64,000 nt of DNA from positions 832,001 to 896,000 of the forward strand of contig JAYFMW010000006.1 in assembly GCA_042408215.1 (NCBI GenBank). Reading direction: 5' to 3'. Made by a program: the position numbers and the translations under genes. Position 1 is the first letter of the stretch. Every line of letters starts with the position of its first letter. Shown piece after piece: positions 50,801 to 60,193 of the stretch. A model generated the notes under the pieces. It did no database searches. It worked only from the letters and a program-made list of their open reading frames with translations, and was not told the origin of the DNA. Source of the DNA: Microcoleus sp. GTDB taxonomy: Bacteria; Cyanobacteriota; Cyanobacteriia; Cyanobacteriales; Microcoleaceae.

Positions 50801-52415
50801 TCTCAATCAAAGATAGATAATCAACCGCTTTAGCAAACTGCAAACTTGGGAAAAAAGGCGACATTTCCCAGCGTTTCATCACCTCCAACATATCACGAGT
50901 CGGACCACCACCGTGGTCGCCAACTCCCGGTAACCAAAAAGCAGATTGCAAACCAGTTTTAAATTGCCAATCAAAAGTATAATTTGCCATTTTCACAGAT
51001 TCTATACCTTCGCCGATCGCCGCAGACATCATACTAAATATTTTAGTACCATCTAAACCTTCCCACAAGAAAACACTGTGGGGAAATTCCGTTGTATCAT
51101 TCCAGCGTAACTTTTGCGTCACAAAATAGTCAAGGCCACCGGCACGCAAAATTTGAGGTAATTGCCATCCAAAACCAAAAGTATCCGGTAGCCAAACTAC
51201 CCGCATCAATTCACCAAACTTTTCTTGCGAGTAACGCTGACCATAAAAAACTTGTCGCACCATTGATTCAGCAGAAATCAAGTTTAAATCCGGTTCCACC
51301 CACAACCCGCCGACAACTTCCCAAAGTCCAGCAGCAACCTGCTTTTTAATAGCTGCAAATAAGTCAGGCCGATGTTCTTCAATCCAAGCATAAAGTGCAG
51401 GAGTAGAATGACAGAAAATCAAATCAGGAAACTCTGATTGCAATTTCAATACCGACTCAAAAGTCCGCTCAGCAGCTTCCCAAGTTTCCTCGATTGGCCA
51501 CAGCCATGCCAAGTCTAAATGAGCGTGACCTAACAAATAGATTTCACCTATATATATAGATGTAGATAATTTCTCCCCACCATCTCCAATGACAAAAACC
51601 GGATGATTTTCTCTTCCCTCTGCGCTCTCTGCGCTCTCTGTGGTTCCATCCTTTAAATCCCTCGGAACATCCCGCAGACATCCCAGCAAATTTTGCCGTA
51701 AAACAGCAAGAGAAAGATCGAACTTTTGTCGATCGCACAAAACCGACCAATCAATCAACCCAACCTCCCGGGCGATTTCAGATTTCAGCGTTTCCCTCTT
51801 GACAATAAACCCTTGATGTGCTACTATTTCGGTAGAGGAGTATGGAAATTTTAAATTTGCCAAATTGCGAGTCAGAAAATTTTGCAAAATCTCCAATTCG
51901 TCAGCCACAAAACCAGGGTCGAGACAAGCAGAATCAGCAGATTCATACAAACAAATCGATCGCACCAAAGCACCGGAATCATGACCGGGACTAACTAACC
52001 GTAAAATTACTAAAAATTCATCTCCCGGAATTGCGGAATCTGTCAGCAAAACCCGATCGGAACAATCAAACAAATCTCCCTGTCCAACTAACTCACCGTT
52101 GACAAAAATCTGAGCATCTTCGGCCCACCAAGTCAAACCCAGCAGTAAGCGCAAACCAGTCACAGGATAGCCGCACAAAGTGTTAGGAATTAGAAAGTGC
52201 TGTCCCAAATGTAAAACTTGTTTACCAGAGGGCCAAGCAATATGCCCTTTATCGTTAAGTTCGGCAACTTGCCAGTTACAAATATTTACATAATCCACCG
52301 CCGAGTCGCAATCCGAATATCTCCAGCCAGACTGAACCTCAACTCGACTGAGGTGGCGCAACTTTGCGATAGATTCAGAAATATTATTGCTAGCAGGTGG
52401 CACAGAAACGCTCAT
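47850..52415 (-). CDS. alpha-mannosidase (GH38) with internal repeat expansion
   Basis: GHAHLDLAWLW, WLPDTFG, GVGDHGGGP, ELYLEFHRG, NQFHDILPGS, LLNDCKYG. Confidence 0.92.
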   Translation of the reverse strand: MSVSVPPASNNISESIAKLRHLSRVEVQSGWRYSDCDSAVDYVNICNWQVAELNDKGHIAWPSGKQVLHLGQHFLIPNTLCGYPVTGLRLLLGLTWWAEDAQIFVNGELVGQGDLFDCSDRVLLTDSAIPGDEFLVILRLVSPGHDSGALVRSICLYESADSACLDPGFVADELEILQNFLTRNLANLKFPYSSTEIVAHQGFIVKRETLKSEIAREVGLIDWSVLCDRQKFDLSLAVLRQNLLGCLRDVPRDLKDGTTESAESAEGRENHPVFVIGDGGEKLSTSIYIGEIYLLGHAHLDLAWLWPIEETWEAAERTFESVLKLQSEFPDLIFCHSTPALYAWIEEHRPDLFAAIKKQVAAGLWEVVGGLWVEPDLNLISAESMVRQVFYGQRYSQEKFGELMRVVWLPDTFGFGWQLPQILRAGGLDYFVTQKLRWNDTTEFPHSVFLWEGLDGTKIFSMMSAAIGEGIESVKMANYTFDWQFKTGLQSAFWLPGVGDHGGGPTRDMLEVMKRWEMSPFFPSLQFAKAVDYLSLIESQFLPEISESESAGAAVNWKNQPILKQDEVVENLSAVESPKFTEISDSESAGAAVNWKNQPILKQDEVVGNLSAFESPKFTEISDSESAGAAVNWKNQPILKQDEVVENLSAVESPKFTEISDSESAVAAVTWENQPILKQDEVVENLSAVESPKFTEISDSESAVAAVTWENQPILKQDEVVENLSAVESPKFTEISDSESAVAAVNQENQPILKQDEVVENLSAVESPKFTEISDSESAVAAVTWENQPILKQDEVVENLSAVESPKFTEISDSESAVAAVNQENQPILKQDEVVENLSAVESPKFTEISDSESAVAAVTWENQPILKQDEVVENLSAVESPKFNEISESESAGAAVTWENQPILKLDEVVENLSAVEAKNFNEISDFKTILPPLPIWKDELYLEFHRGCYTTRADQKRQNRRCEELLYQAELLSSLARICAGAIYPSSELETAWKKVLFNQFHDILPGSAIAQVYVDTNLAFAEVDRTCRQIMLKSLDAIALQISLPSPPQPDAQPILIFNTLNWSRSQVVSLPLPDSAAENWLVYDLLGQRLVTQIQVCDRPEPQFTLLFSANNIPAVGYRVFWLCREAAETPENSSLLPINYKKTELRQVTTTMARNEAFCQETHFEAQRKVLENEFFLAKIDWETGNLSSIWDKINNREVLNVAGGNQLQSFQDSGQYWDAWNIDPNYEKHQLPAPILKDISWIAQGEIRQSLRVVRQIGKSEFCQDYIVEIGSPLLKIRTLVDWQETHVLVKTAFGLNQSADFATCEIPGGAIERTTKPQTATEKAKWEVPILRWVDISNDDFGVSLLNDCKYGCDLQPNQLRLTLLRGSTWPDEQADIGIHEFTYAVYPHSGNWQDAGTVRQGYDLNLPLLVKVLPKLEENHNKTLPTVGKLLDLSADNLVLMAFKQSEDNPNLWILRCYESEGKEAVLELDSDLGLAISQPVDLLERPANLSEKLPTGGFKIEPWKIASFAVNL
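49635..50786 (-). repeat. ten tandem 114-bp (38-aa) in-frame repeats
   Basis: unit EISDSESA[GV]AAV[NT][WQ][KE]NQPILKQDEVVENLSAVESPKFT; nucleotide period 114. Confidence 0.95.
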
Positions 52416-52537
52416 ATTTAGCTAAAATTTATCCTAGGGTTCCCACAGGGTGTAATTTGTCAAAAGCTAGCCCAAGCGATAGACAGTTATCAGTCCAAGC
52501 GGAGCAATCTCGAATCAACATCCAGTCTTGATTTTAC

Positions 52538-52917
52538 CGAAAAACGAACCAAAGCCCCTAGCTTTAGACATGGGGATGTAGGTGATTAGTGGCTTTAGCC
52601 GCCTTGAGTTTGATATAATCAAGAAGTGATTAAGAACAATTGTCTACGTGTTGAAGTATTCTAGTCTCGGTGAGATTCCGGCACAGTAAGTCACTACTGC
52701 CAATGGTAGCAAGCCTATACAACTGACAAGCAATATCAGAATACGGAGCGTACCTATCTGGCTAGTGATGAACTCTGAAAGCAAAAAACCCAAAAAGTAA
52801 GCCCAATTGCAGCACCGCCAGGTAGTTGTTTTGAGGGTCTAGAGGGATACTTGAATGTCCCACTGTCGCCTTTCGGTTGACAGGAATCCCCTAGCTTCTA
52901 GCTATGGGGAGGTTCAA
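52538..52917 (+). mobile_element. non-autonomous IS200/IS605 mini-element with IS608-like ends
   Basis: TTAC|17 nt ending AAAG-CCCCTAGCTTTAGACATGGGG; right end GAAT-CCCCTAGCTTCTAGCTATGGGG-AGGT-TCAA; no ORF. Confidence 0.85.
52611..52619 (+). promoter_or_regulatory. extended -10 promoter inside the mini-element
   Basis: TGaTATAAT, perfect TGn-TATAAT. Confidence 0.6.
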
Positions 52918-53096
52918 AGCAAAAGTTAATCGGACTTACGCAGTAAACACGAGAAATCAAGGTTTGAGATTGCTTAACCGGGCTCGCAACGATCTAAAAT
53001 CCTAGGGAGTGCGTAAGTCATGGTTGAGTAAGTCCGGCGCAAATGTCGATCGACCCTCCCGAAAAAATCTCAAATCTTAACTCTCAAATTAAATAT

Positions 53097-55331
53097 ATGT
53101 CCTCTGGTAACACTAGTCCATACCAAAGCCGACTATTAAATTTTATATCCAGACAGTCTCGCCAAGTCACCGATCGGTGCGATCGAACTTGGCGAAAAGT
53201 GAGATTGACTACGCTCAACGCAACGCAAATTCTGCTTTACCCAGTTTACCTGATCGTGCAAAGTTCGCGGATGCTGGGCAGACAACTGCGAGAATCAACC
53301 AAAAAAGTAGATTTACCGGAATTGCAAGAATTTGTCGGGGAGGAAAATCCCAATTTGTCGGAAAATTGGTTAGAGATGGAGGTAGAGGGGGAAAGTGCGA
53401 TCGACGAAATTCTGCACATAGCCGAAAATTTGTTGTTACCATCACAAATCTCGACAGTTACCGAAAGCTTTTCGTTTTTAATCAATCCACCAAAACCGAC
53501 TGCAAAAGTTGCTGCTGATATTCAGTTACAGCCGGAAATACAATTGAGCGGAAAAATCACAAAAGCACAAAAAATCACAGGCGAGATGACAGCGCCACAG
53601 AGTCAAGAAAAAAGTGCAAATTTATCACAAAAAATCACAGGCGAGACGCCAGTGTCACAGAGTCAAGAAAAAGATGCAAATTTATCACTGTTCAAAAATG
53701 CTTCAGCCTTAGAAACTCAATTAAGCGATGCCGCCGAAATTGCCAATAAATCGCAAGTTCGAGGAATCGCTACTTTTATACCAGCCCGCACTTTAGTGTT
53801 AGTCGGAACTTCCAATCAAATATTAGATATCTTAACTCCTGAACAACAGCAACTTCTCGAAGGGCGAATAATTTGGGAAGTCGCCAACTCCGGGCCACAA
53901 CGGCGGGAAATTGCCGAAAAAGAGTTAAAATTTAATCTGGGTTTAGAGTCGGCTGCGCGAACATCTCAACTTCCGCCGGTTCGCGGTTTTTGGCAACTGA
54001 TGACTTGGGTACAAAGTAGCCCGGTTGCGGTGAAAAGAAATCAGTTTGGAGAATCAATCTTTGCGGTCAAAAAAGCAATTAATGCTAGTGTTAATGACAA
54101 TTTAATCTTAGCTCAAAAAGCCAGGGATCAAATAGCAGGATTAAAAGTCGATCGACAAGCAATTGCCGCAGCGAATTCGATGGACCAAAATACCTTAGAA
54201 TTAGAAACAAGTTTTAATGGTAAGTTCGATCGAGCTGCGAATATTCTATCCTTTGTCACATTAGTCGATCGCGCCGCAGCCAACCTCGAAGAATTCCGCT
54301 TGCCGCCAGTATCAAAAATCACCGCTGCCTTAACAGAAAATCAGCCGGCAAAAATACTTGATCCAGCCAGCTCCCACAGGAATTTAGGCCCTTCCGCCCG
54401 CGAAATCCTCGAAAAATACGCTCGAAACATAGAAGAAATGATTTGGTCATCAGTAGACCAGCTCCTAGGCAAAGAAACAGCAGCCAGTGATAATACAGAG
54501 AAAGCCGTAGCAATTCAGTATTATTTAGAACAACAAAATAATAAAAATACGGAGAAGGTGGAGAGCGATCGACCTTGGCTGAATTGGCAAGACTTATTTG
54601 GGGAGCCAGCACCAGCACCTGTAGGGGCGGTGTCCCTGGACTCGCCCTCCCCAGCCCAAGGGGCGGTGTCCCCTGGGCCGCCAGCACCAGCACCAATTGT
54701 AGGGGCGGTGCCCCCGTGCCCGCCCTCCCCAGCCCAAGGAGCGGTGCCCCCGTGCCCGCCCTCCCCAGCCCAAGAGCATAGATCGCAACTCAGCACAAAA
54801 GTCAACCATGAGAGCAAAGAAATAGAAACATTGCCCGAAGGTCGATCGGTCAACCTCCGCACCTCTCCTTACCCGGAAGCAATTCAAGCCCTGGTCGCGC
54901 AGCTAAAACGAAGCTTGCTCACAAAAGTGAAAAAAAGTCAACCCCAAAAAGGCTCAGATTTAACAATTACTCAAAAAAAGAGCTCCGTAGTCGCAGCCAC
55001 AGGAACTCAACAGCAAAAACCAACAGCCCCGAACAACGCACAAATCAGCCAGTCTCCAGCAGTCACAACCGTGGAAACCAGCAGATTCGTAGCCACCAGC
55101 ACCACTGCTGTGGCCCGGGAACCTCAAAATAACAGCGGGGACACCAAACAGGAGGGCGACTACTTAGAAACAAAAGCAGTATCAGTGGGATACATTAAGC
55201 ACCCGCTAGAACAAGTGCTCGAATGGCTGGATCAAATCATGCTGCGCCTAGAAACAATCGCGGTGGAAATCTGGGAATCGGCAAAAATCAACTTGCCAAA
55301 AATCAAGAACAGCAAAGATAAAATTGACTAA
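53097..55331 (+). CDS. hypothetical protein, largely low-complexity
   Basis: long open frame (upstream ATG at 53043 also possible); conserved-looking blocks YQSRLLNF, LLYPVY, NQILDIL, GYIKHPLEQVLEWLD. Confidence 0.75.
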   Translation: MSSGNTSPYQSRLLNFISRQSRQVTDRCDRTWRKVRLTTLNATQILLYPVYLIVQSSRMLGRQLRESTKKVDLPELQEFVGEENPNLSENWLEMEVEGESAIDEILHIAENLLLPSQISTVTESFSFLINPPKPTAKVAADIQLQPEIQLSGKITKAQKITGEMTAPQSQEKSANLSQKITGETPVSQSQEKDANLSLFKNASALETQLSDAAEIANKSQVRGIATFIPARTLVLVGTSNQILDILTPEQQQLLEGRIIWEVANSGPQRREIAEKELKFNLGLESAARTSQLPPVRGFWQLMTWVQSSPVAVKRNQFGESIFAVKKAINASVNDNLILAQKARDQIAGLKVDRQAIAAANSMDQNTLELETSFNGKFDRAANILSFVTLVDRAAANLEEFRLPPVSKITAALTENQPAKILDPASSHRNLGPSAREILEKYARNIEEMIWSSVDQLLGKETAASDNTEKAVAIQYYLEQQNNKNTEKVESDRPWLNWQDLFGEPAPAPVGAVSLDSPSPAQGAVSPGPPAPAPIVGAVPPCPPSPAQGAVPPCPPSPAQEHRSQLSTKVNHESKEIETLPEGRSVNLRTSPYPEAIQALVAQLKRSLLTKVKKSQPQKGSDLTITQKKSSVVAATGTQQQKPTAPNNAQISQSPAVTTVETSRFVATSTTAVAREPQNNSGDTKQEGDYLETKAVSVGYIKHPLEQVLEWLDQIMLRLETIAVEIWESAKINLPKIKNSKDKID

Positions 55332-55412
55332 TCTTTCGCATATGATAAAAAAGTTACTGCAACAGCAGCAGCAAGTCAACTCAGCATTATCGTATTCTTG
55401 GAGACTCCCACA

Positions 55413-55529
55413 GTGCTAACCCTCAAAATCGTAGTTAATGTAGTTGTCCTATTCTTTGCTTCCCTGTTCATATTTGGATTTTTGTCCAATGACCCGGCCC
55501 GGAACCCCAACCGCAGAGACATGGAGTAA
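55413..55529 (+). CDS. psbI: photosystem II reaction center protein I
   Basis: GTG start, [38 protein letters not shown] (38 aa), GGAGA RBS; not in the ORF track. Confidence 0.95.
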   Translation: MLTLKIVVNVVVLFFASLFIFGFLSNDPARNPNRRDME

Positions 55530-55938
55530 ACGGGTAATCTCACCCGCATTGTAGGGGCGCGCCGCAGCCCCTACCGCAGATGACCCACTTCCCAAAAATA
55601 TCTAGAAAAAACTTGACCTCGCCCGCAAGCGAGGTTAGTTTATGTCGAAGGTAAGTTCTGAAAACAGCCATCTTCCGGCCCGCTATCGGCGACCATTGCA
55701 AATTTTGGATGTTGGATTAATATTTAAAGGCTTGCTTTGTAAATGCAAAAATTTAGATGCAAAAATTTTTAAGGATTTGTCTGGCAAAAATTAATTCCCA
55801 CAGAACCAAGGAACCGGCAATCTAAGAATTCAACCAAAATCCACAGACCAGCAAAAAGCATTCACCAGCATTTTTAATTTCTTCAATCTAAAATCTAAAA
55901 TCTAAAATCTAAAATCGGTTGACTCACATTTTGTAATT

Positions 55939-58473
55939 ATGTCCTATCCGGTACCGCCACCCGAACCCTCTGCCATCATCTACATCGCCCAGCCCAAAAA
56001 AGTCGCCCTGGTTGTCGCGCTTAGTAATGGAGATACCCGCAACAACTCCGCAGAAATACCGGAATCAACTCCAGCTATCGTTCAGTCAGAACCAACGCCA
56101 GCCCCGGAACCCACACCCTCAGCCCTACTCCTGGGCCCAACCGTAGAAGCCGGTCAATCTTCAGAAATCATAGACCCCGTAGCAGCAGTGGAAAGTGGCG
56201 CTGCTACAGTGGGATTTCAAAATCGAGGCTTAGTTAGAGAACCCGAAACCGGGGAAGCCCAAAAAGATGCTGCGTTTACTACTTACTATTTGCGGCCGGT
56301 TCCGCGTCCTATTCGTAGTTTGAATGGGGAACGAACCGCAGAGACGCCCTTGGCGCAGAGGGAAGAGGCTCGAAAGATGGAAGAGAACACAGGAGGGGAG
56401 TTACAGGATAATTCTCCCCAACAGCAGGAGATTCCTGTTCCTGATGTTACTCCAGCACCGCCTCCTAGTGGGTCGCAGCAGTTCGAGATTCCGGCTCCCG
56501 GAACGGCCCCAGCACCGAAGCCTGCGCCTAAACCAAGCCCCAAACCAAGCCCCAAACCAGCTCAGCCGGGACAGCGGACTTCGCCGTCCCAGCGGACGGT
56601 ACCTTTTCCAGTGATCCCGGCAGATACTATTGAAGTTAAGGCTGACAGCCAGGAGTTTGATGACAAGCAGCAAATTGTCACGGCAACTGGTAATGTGGTG
56701 GTGCGGTTCCGGCAGACGGTGATTGATGCCGATCGGGCGATCGTCAATTTAGTCACCCGCCAAGTGGTAGCATCCGGTAAAGTCGCCTATACTCGCGGTC
56801 AACAAGTAGTGCGCGGTGAGCGGATGGTGTTCAATCTCGGCTTGAATGCTGGGGAGGTTGAACAAGCCAGGGGTGAAATTTTCCTGCCCGCCGCCAGTAC
56901 CGATTTCACGCCGACACTACCGACAGATATTAGTGCAGGGACGATTCTTGACCAGCCGCTAAGCGACAGGATTACCAGCCAGCAGCCGGTACGGGGGGTA
57001 AAATCTTCTGGTGCAGCATCAGTGACTATCGGTGGTGGTGGTGGCGGTGGCCAATTAACCGCCCCTCAAGTTATCGGCGCTGTCAACCGCGTCCGCTTTG
57101 AAGCAGAACGCCTCGAAATTCGACCCGATGGGGTTCGGGTAGCAACCAATATTCGGATTACTAACGACCCGTTTTCCCCGCCAGAACTGGAATACAGGGC
57201 CAAGACGGCGACGATTACAAAGATTTCGCCTACGGCTGAGGAACTGGTGACAACTAAACCTCGTTTGGTGTTTGACAACCGGCTGAAAATACCTGTGTAT
57301 CCCCGCAGGCAAGTGTTTGATAGCCAGCGTAATAACGGCCCGTGCTTGACTTTTGGGTTCGATGGGGGCGATCGGGGTGGTTTGTTCGCTGAGTGTGCCT
57401 TTGAGGTACTGCAAAATGGGCCGGTACGCCTGAGCTTAACTCCTCAGTTTTATATTCAGCGGGCGATCGAAAAACACGGCGGCAATCCGTTGTTTATGGA
57501 CAACTACGGGCTGAAAGCGAGGTTGGCTGCGACGCTGGGCCAAGGTACCAGACTGGACGGATCGGCGATCTTTCTGAATTTTGACAATTTCCCGAATTTG
57601 GCTGAAAACGACTTTCGGGGGAATTTGCGACTGCGACAGTCGATCGGCACTCATACTCTGGCTGGGGAATATAGCTACCGCGATCGGCTGTTTAACGGTT
57701 CTCTGGGCTATCAAACCGTCCAAAGTAGCCTCGGTGCCGTCCTCTCTTCCCCGGTAGTTCCCCTGGGAAGGTCAGGTATCAATCTCAGCTATCAAGCCGG
57801 TTATCAATTGATCAATGCTGATACCGATAGACTAGATTTGCTAGCACCAGTGCGGGAAAACAACCGCATCGACATCGGCCGCTTGCAAGTCAGCGCCGCC
57901 TTAAGTCGTGGCTTTAACCTGTGGGAGGGTAAAGGACTACCGCGCACTCCGACGCAGGGTTTGAAATACACGCGGAACCCGGTGATTCCTTTCGTGAAAT
58001 TGGCTTTGGGAGTTAGGGGCGTTGGCAGTTATTACAGTAGTGGCGACAGCCAAAATTCGATCGCCAGCAGTGTCGGCGTTGAAGGGCAATTCGGTCATTT
58101 TTCCCGCCCTTTCCTCGACTACACTGGGTTTAACGTGACTTACACCCAGGTAGGGCGGGACGGTATATCGCCGTATTTGTTCGATCGCTTGGTAGATTTG
58201 AGAGTCTTGTCTTTTGGACTTGTGCAGCAAGTTTACGGACCATTTCGAGTCGGATTTCAGAGTGCGATTAATTTAGAAAGCGGGCAAGCAATCAGCACAA
58301 ATTACACTTTGGAATACAGCCGCCGCAGCTACGCACTTATTTTACGTTTTAATCCAGAGCGTCAAGTCGGCAGCCTGACTTTTAGGATTAGTGACTTCAA
58401 CTGGAATGGCACTCCCGAACCTTTTTCAGGAGACGTGCGAACTGTAGAAGGAGGGGTGCGCCGATCGGATTAA
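55939..58473 (+). CDS. DUF3769 / LptD-like outer-membrane assembly protein
   Basis: Pro-rich N-terminus, OstA-like ADSQEFD..VTATGNV, ITNDPFSPPEL, YSYRDRLFNGSLG, FRISDFNW. Confidence 0.82.
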   Translation: MSYPVPPPEPSAIIYIAQPKKVALVVALSNGDTRNNSAEIPESTPAIVQSEPTPAPEPTPSALLLGPTVEAGQSSEIIDPVAAVESGAATVGFQNRGLVREPETGEAQKDAAFTTYYLRPVPRPIRSLNGERTAETPLAQREEARKMEENTGGELQDNSPQQQEIPVPDVTPAPPPSGSQQFEIPAPGTAPAPKPAPKPSPKPSPKPAQPGQRTSPSQRTVPFPVIPADTIEVKADSQEFDDKQQIVTATGNVVVRFRQTVIDADRAIVNLVTRQVVASGKVAYTRGQQVVRGERMVFNLGLNAGEVEQARGEIFLPAASTDFTPTLPTDISAGTILDQPLSDRITSQQPVRGVKSSGAASVTIGGGGGGGQLTAPQVIGAVNRVRFEAERLEIRPDGVRVATNIRITNDPFSPPELEYRAKTATITKISPTAEELVTTKPRLVFDNRLKIPVYPRRQVFDSQRNNGPCLTFGFDGGDRGGLFAECAFEVLQNGPVRLSLTPQFYIQRAIEKHGGNPLFMDNYGLKARLAATLGQGTRLDGSAIFLNFDNFPNLAENDFRGNLRLRQSIGTHTLAGEYSYRDRLFNGSLGYQTVQSSLGAVLSSPVVPLGRSGINLSYQAGYQLINADTDRLDLLAPVRENNRIDIGRLQVSAALSRGFNLWEGKGLPRTPTQGLKYTRNPVIPFVKLALGVRGVGSYYSSGDSQNSIASSVGVEGQFGHFSRPFLDYTGFNVTYTQVGRDGISPYLFDRLVDLRVLSFGLVQQVYGPFRVGFQSAINLESGQAISTNYTLEYSRRSYALILRFNPERQVGSLTFRISDFNWNGTPEPFSGDVRTVEGGVRRSD

Positions 58474-58481
58474 TTCAATTT

Positions 58482-58891
58482 GGTAATGGGTAATGGGTAA
58501 TGGGTCATCGGTCATCGGTCATCGGTAATGGGTAATGGGTCATCGGTAATGGGTCATCGGTAATGGGTCATCGGTAATGGGTAATGGGTAATGGGTCATC
58601 GGTAATGGGTCATCGGTAATGGGTAATGGGTAATGGGTAATGGGTAATGGGTCATGGGTAATGGGTCATCGGTCATCGGTCATCGGTCATCGGTCATCGG
58701 TCATCGGTAATGGGTCATCGGTCATCGGTAATGGGTCATCGGTAATGGGTCATCGGTAATGGGTTATTGGCACCAACAAATAACAAATAACCCATAACAA
58801 ATAACAAATAACCCATAACAAATAACAAATAACAAATAACAAATAACCCATAACAAATAACAAATAACCAATAACAAATAACAAATAACCC
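58482..58891. repeat. heptamer STRR arrays (GGTAATG/GGTCATC, then AACAAAT)
   Basis: about 400 bp of 7-mer repeats running up to the next ATG. Confidence 0.92.
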
Positions 58892-59563
58892 ATGACAGAA
58901 GTGACAGCAATATCTGCACAAGCAGCGGCTCTGCTGCTTCACTACGGTTTTGACCTAGGTGGCTACAAATCCGAGAAATTGGTGATGGAATGGCTGACCA
59001 AATATCCCCACCAATGGCTGCGTTTAGCAGTGGTTGAAGCGCTATATCAAGGTCGCTACAAAGCTGTTTCTGTGGAACAAATATTGAGTATGTGGCAGCG
59101 GCTGGGTCAACCTCTTTATCATTTTAATGGCGAGTTTGAACGTTTGGTTTGCAACAATTTTCCTCAAGATTTAACGGTTGAAAGTGATGCTAAACAGGTG
59201 CCGGAAAAGATATTTTTGCCGACGGCTGCATCGGATGTCGGTGTCCCAGAACTAGATTTGTTGCCGCCGCCAGAGCCTGAGTGCGATCGGGTGCAACATC
59301 CAGAATTCCCAGAGCTCAAGACTCAGGAAATAGAAGCATCATCCGCAGTCAATCGCACGGGGGAAACTGCGGAAGTTGTGATTTATGAAGAAGATTTGGC
59401 AGTGACTGCGGTGGCAGACCAAGCCGAAGCCGATCGGGAATTTGCCGAAAAATCGGTGGCAAAAATAGCCCCAATTGTCAAACACACCGATTTTCACTCC
59501 AAATTAACAGCCATTGCCCGAGAAGGCAAAAGGAAGAAGGGAGAAAGAAGAAAGAAGTTGTGA
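58892..59563 (+). CDS. conserved cyanobacterial hypothetical protein
   Basis: [41 protein letters not shown]; acidic tail. Confidence 0.8.
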   Translation: MTEVTAISAQAAALLLHYGFDLGGYKSEKLVMEWLTKYPHQWLRLAVVEALYQGRYKAVSVEQILSMWQRLGQPLYHFNGEFERLVCNNFPQDLTVESDAKQVPEKIFLPTAASDVGVPELDLLPPPEPECDRVQHPEFPELKTQEIEASSAVNRTGETAEVVIYEEDLAVTAVADQAEADREFAEKSVAKIAPIVKHTDFHSKLTAIAREGKRKKGERRKKL

Positions 59564-59565
59564 AT

Positions 59566-59727
59566 TTTGGGAATTGGGAATTGGGAATTGGGAATTGGGA
59601 ATTGGGAATTGGGCATTGGGAATTGGGAATTGGGAATTGGGCATTGGGAATTGGGCATTGGGCATTGGGAATTGGGAATTGGGAATTGGGAATTGGGCAT
59701 TGGGCATTGGGCATGGGTCATCGGTAA
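59566..59727. repeat. heptamer STRR (ATTGGGA/ATTGGGC)
   Basis: about 20 tandem copies. Confidence 0.92.
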
Positions 59728-59749
59728 TTGTTTGTAACTGTTAATAACT

Positions 59750-60176
59750 CCTTCCTTCTTCCTTCTTCCTTCTTCCTTCTTCCTTCTTCCTTCTATCCGT
59801 TACATCCGTTAAATCCGTTACAGAATCCGTTGCCGAACTTCCTTCTTCCTTCTTCCTTCTTCCTTCTATCCGTTACATCCGTTAAATCCGTTACAGAATC
59901 CGTTGCCGAACTTCCTTCTTCCTTCTTCCTTCTTCCTTCTATCCGTTACATCCGTTAAATCCGTTACAGAATCCGTTGCCGAACTTCCTTCTTCCTTCTA
60001 TCCGTTACATCCGTTAAATCCGTTACAGAATCCGTTGCCGAACTTCCTTCTTCCTTCTATCCGTTACATCCGTTAAATCGGTTACAGAATCCGTTGCCGA
60101 ACTTCCTTCTTCCTTCTATCCGTTACATCCGTTAAATCGGTTACAGAATCCGTTGCCGAACTTCCTTCTTCCTTCT
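59750..60176. repeat. six tandem copies of ATCCGTTACATCCGTTAAATCCGTTACAGAATCCGTTGCCGAA joined by CTTCCTT heptamers
   Basis: periods 73, 73, 59, 59, 59 bp; single related copies near 9309 and 27506. Confidence 0.9.
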
Positions 60177-60193
60177 GACTGCGGCTGTAACTG

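Noticed and set aside
59750..60176. CRISPR array
   Set aside because: No unique spacers; linkers are CTTCCTT heptamers.
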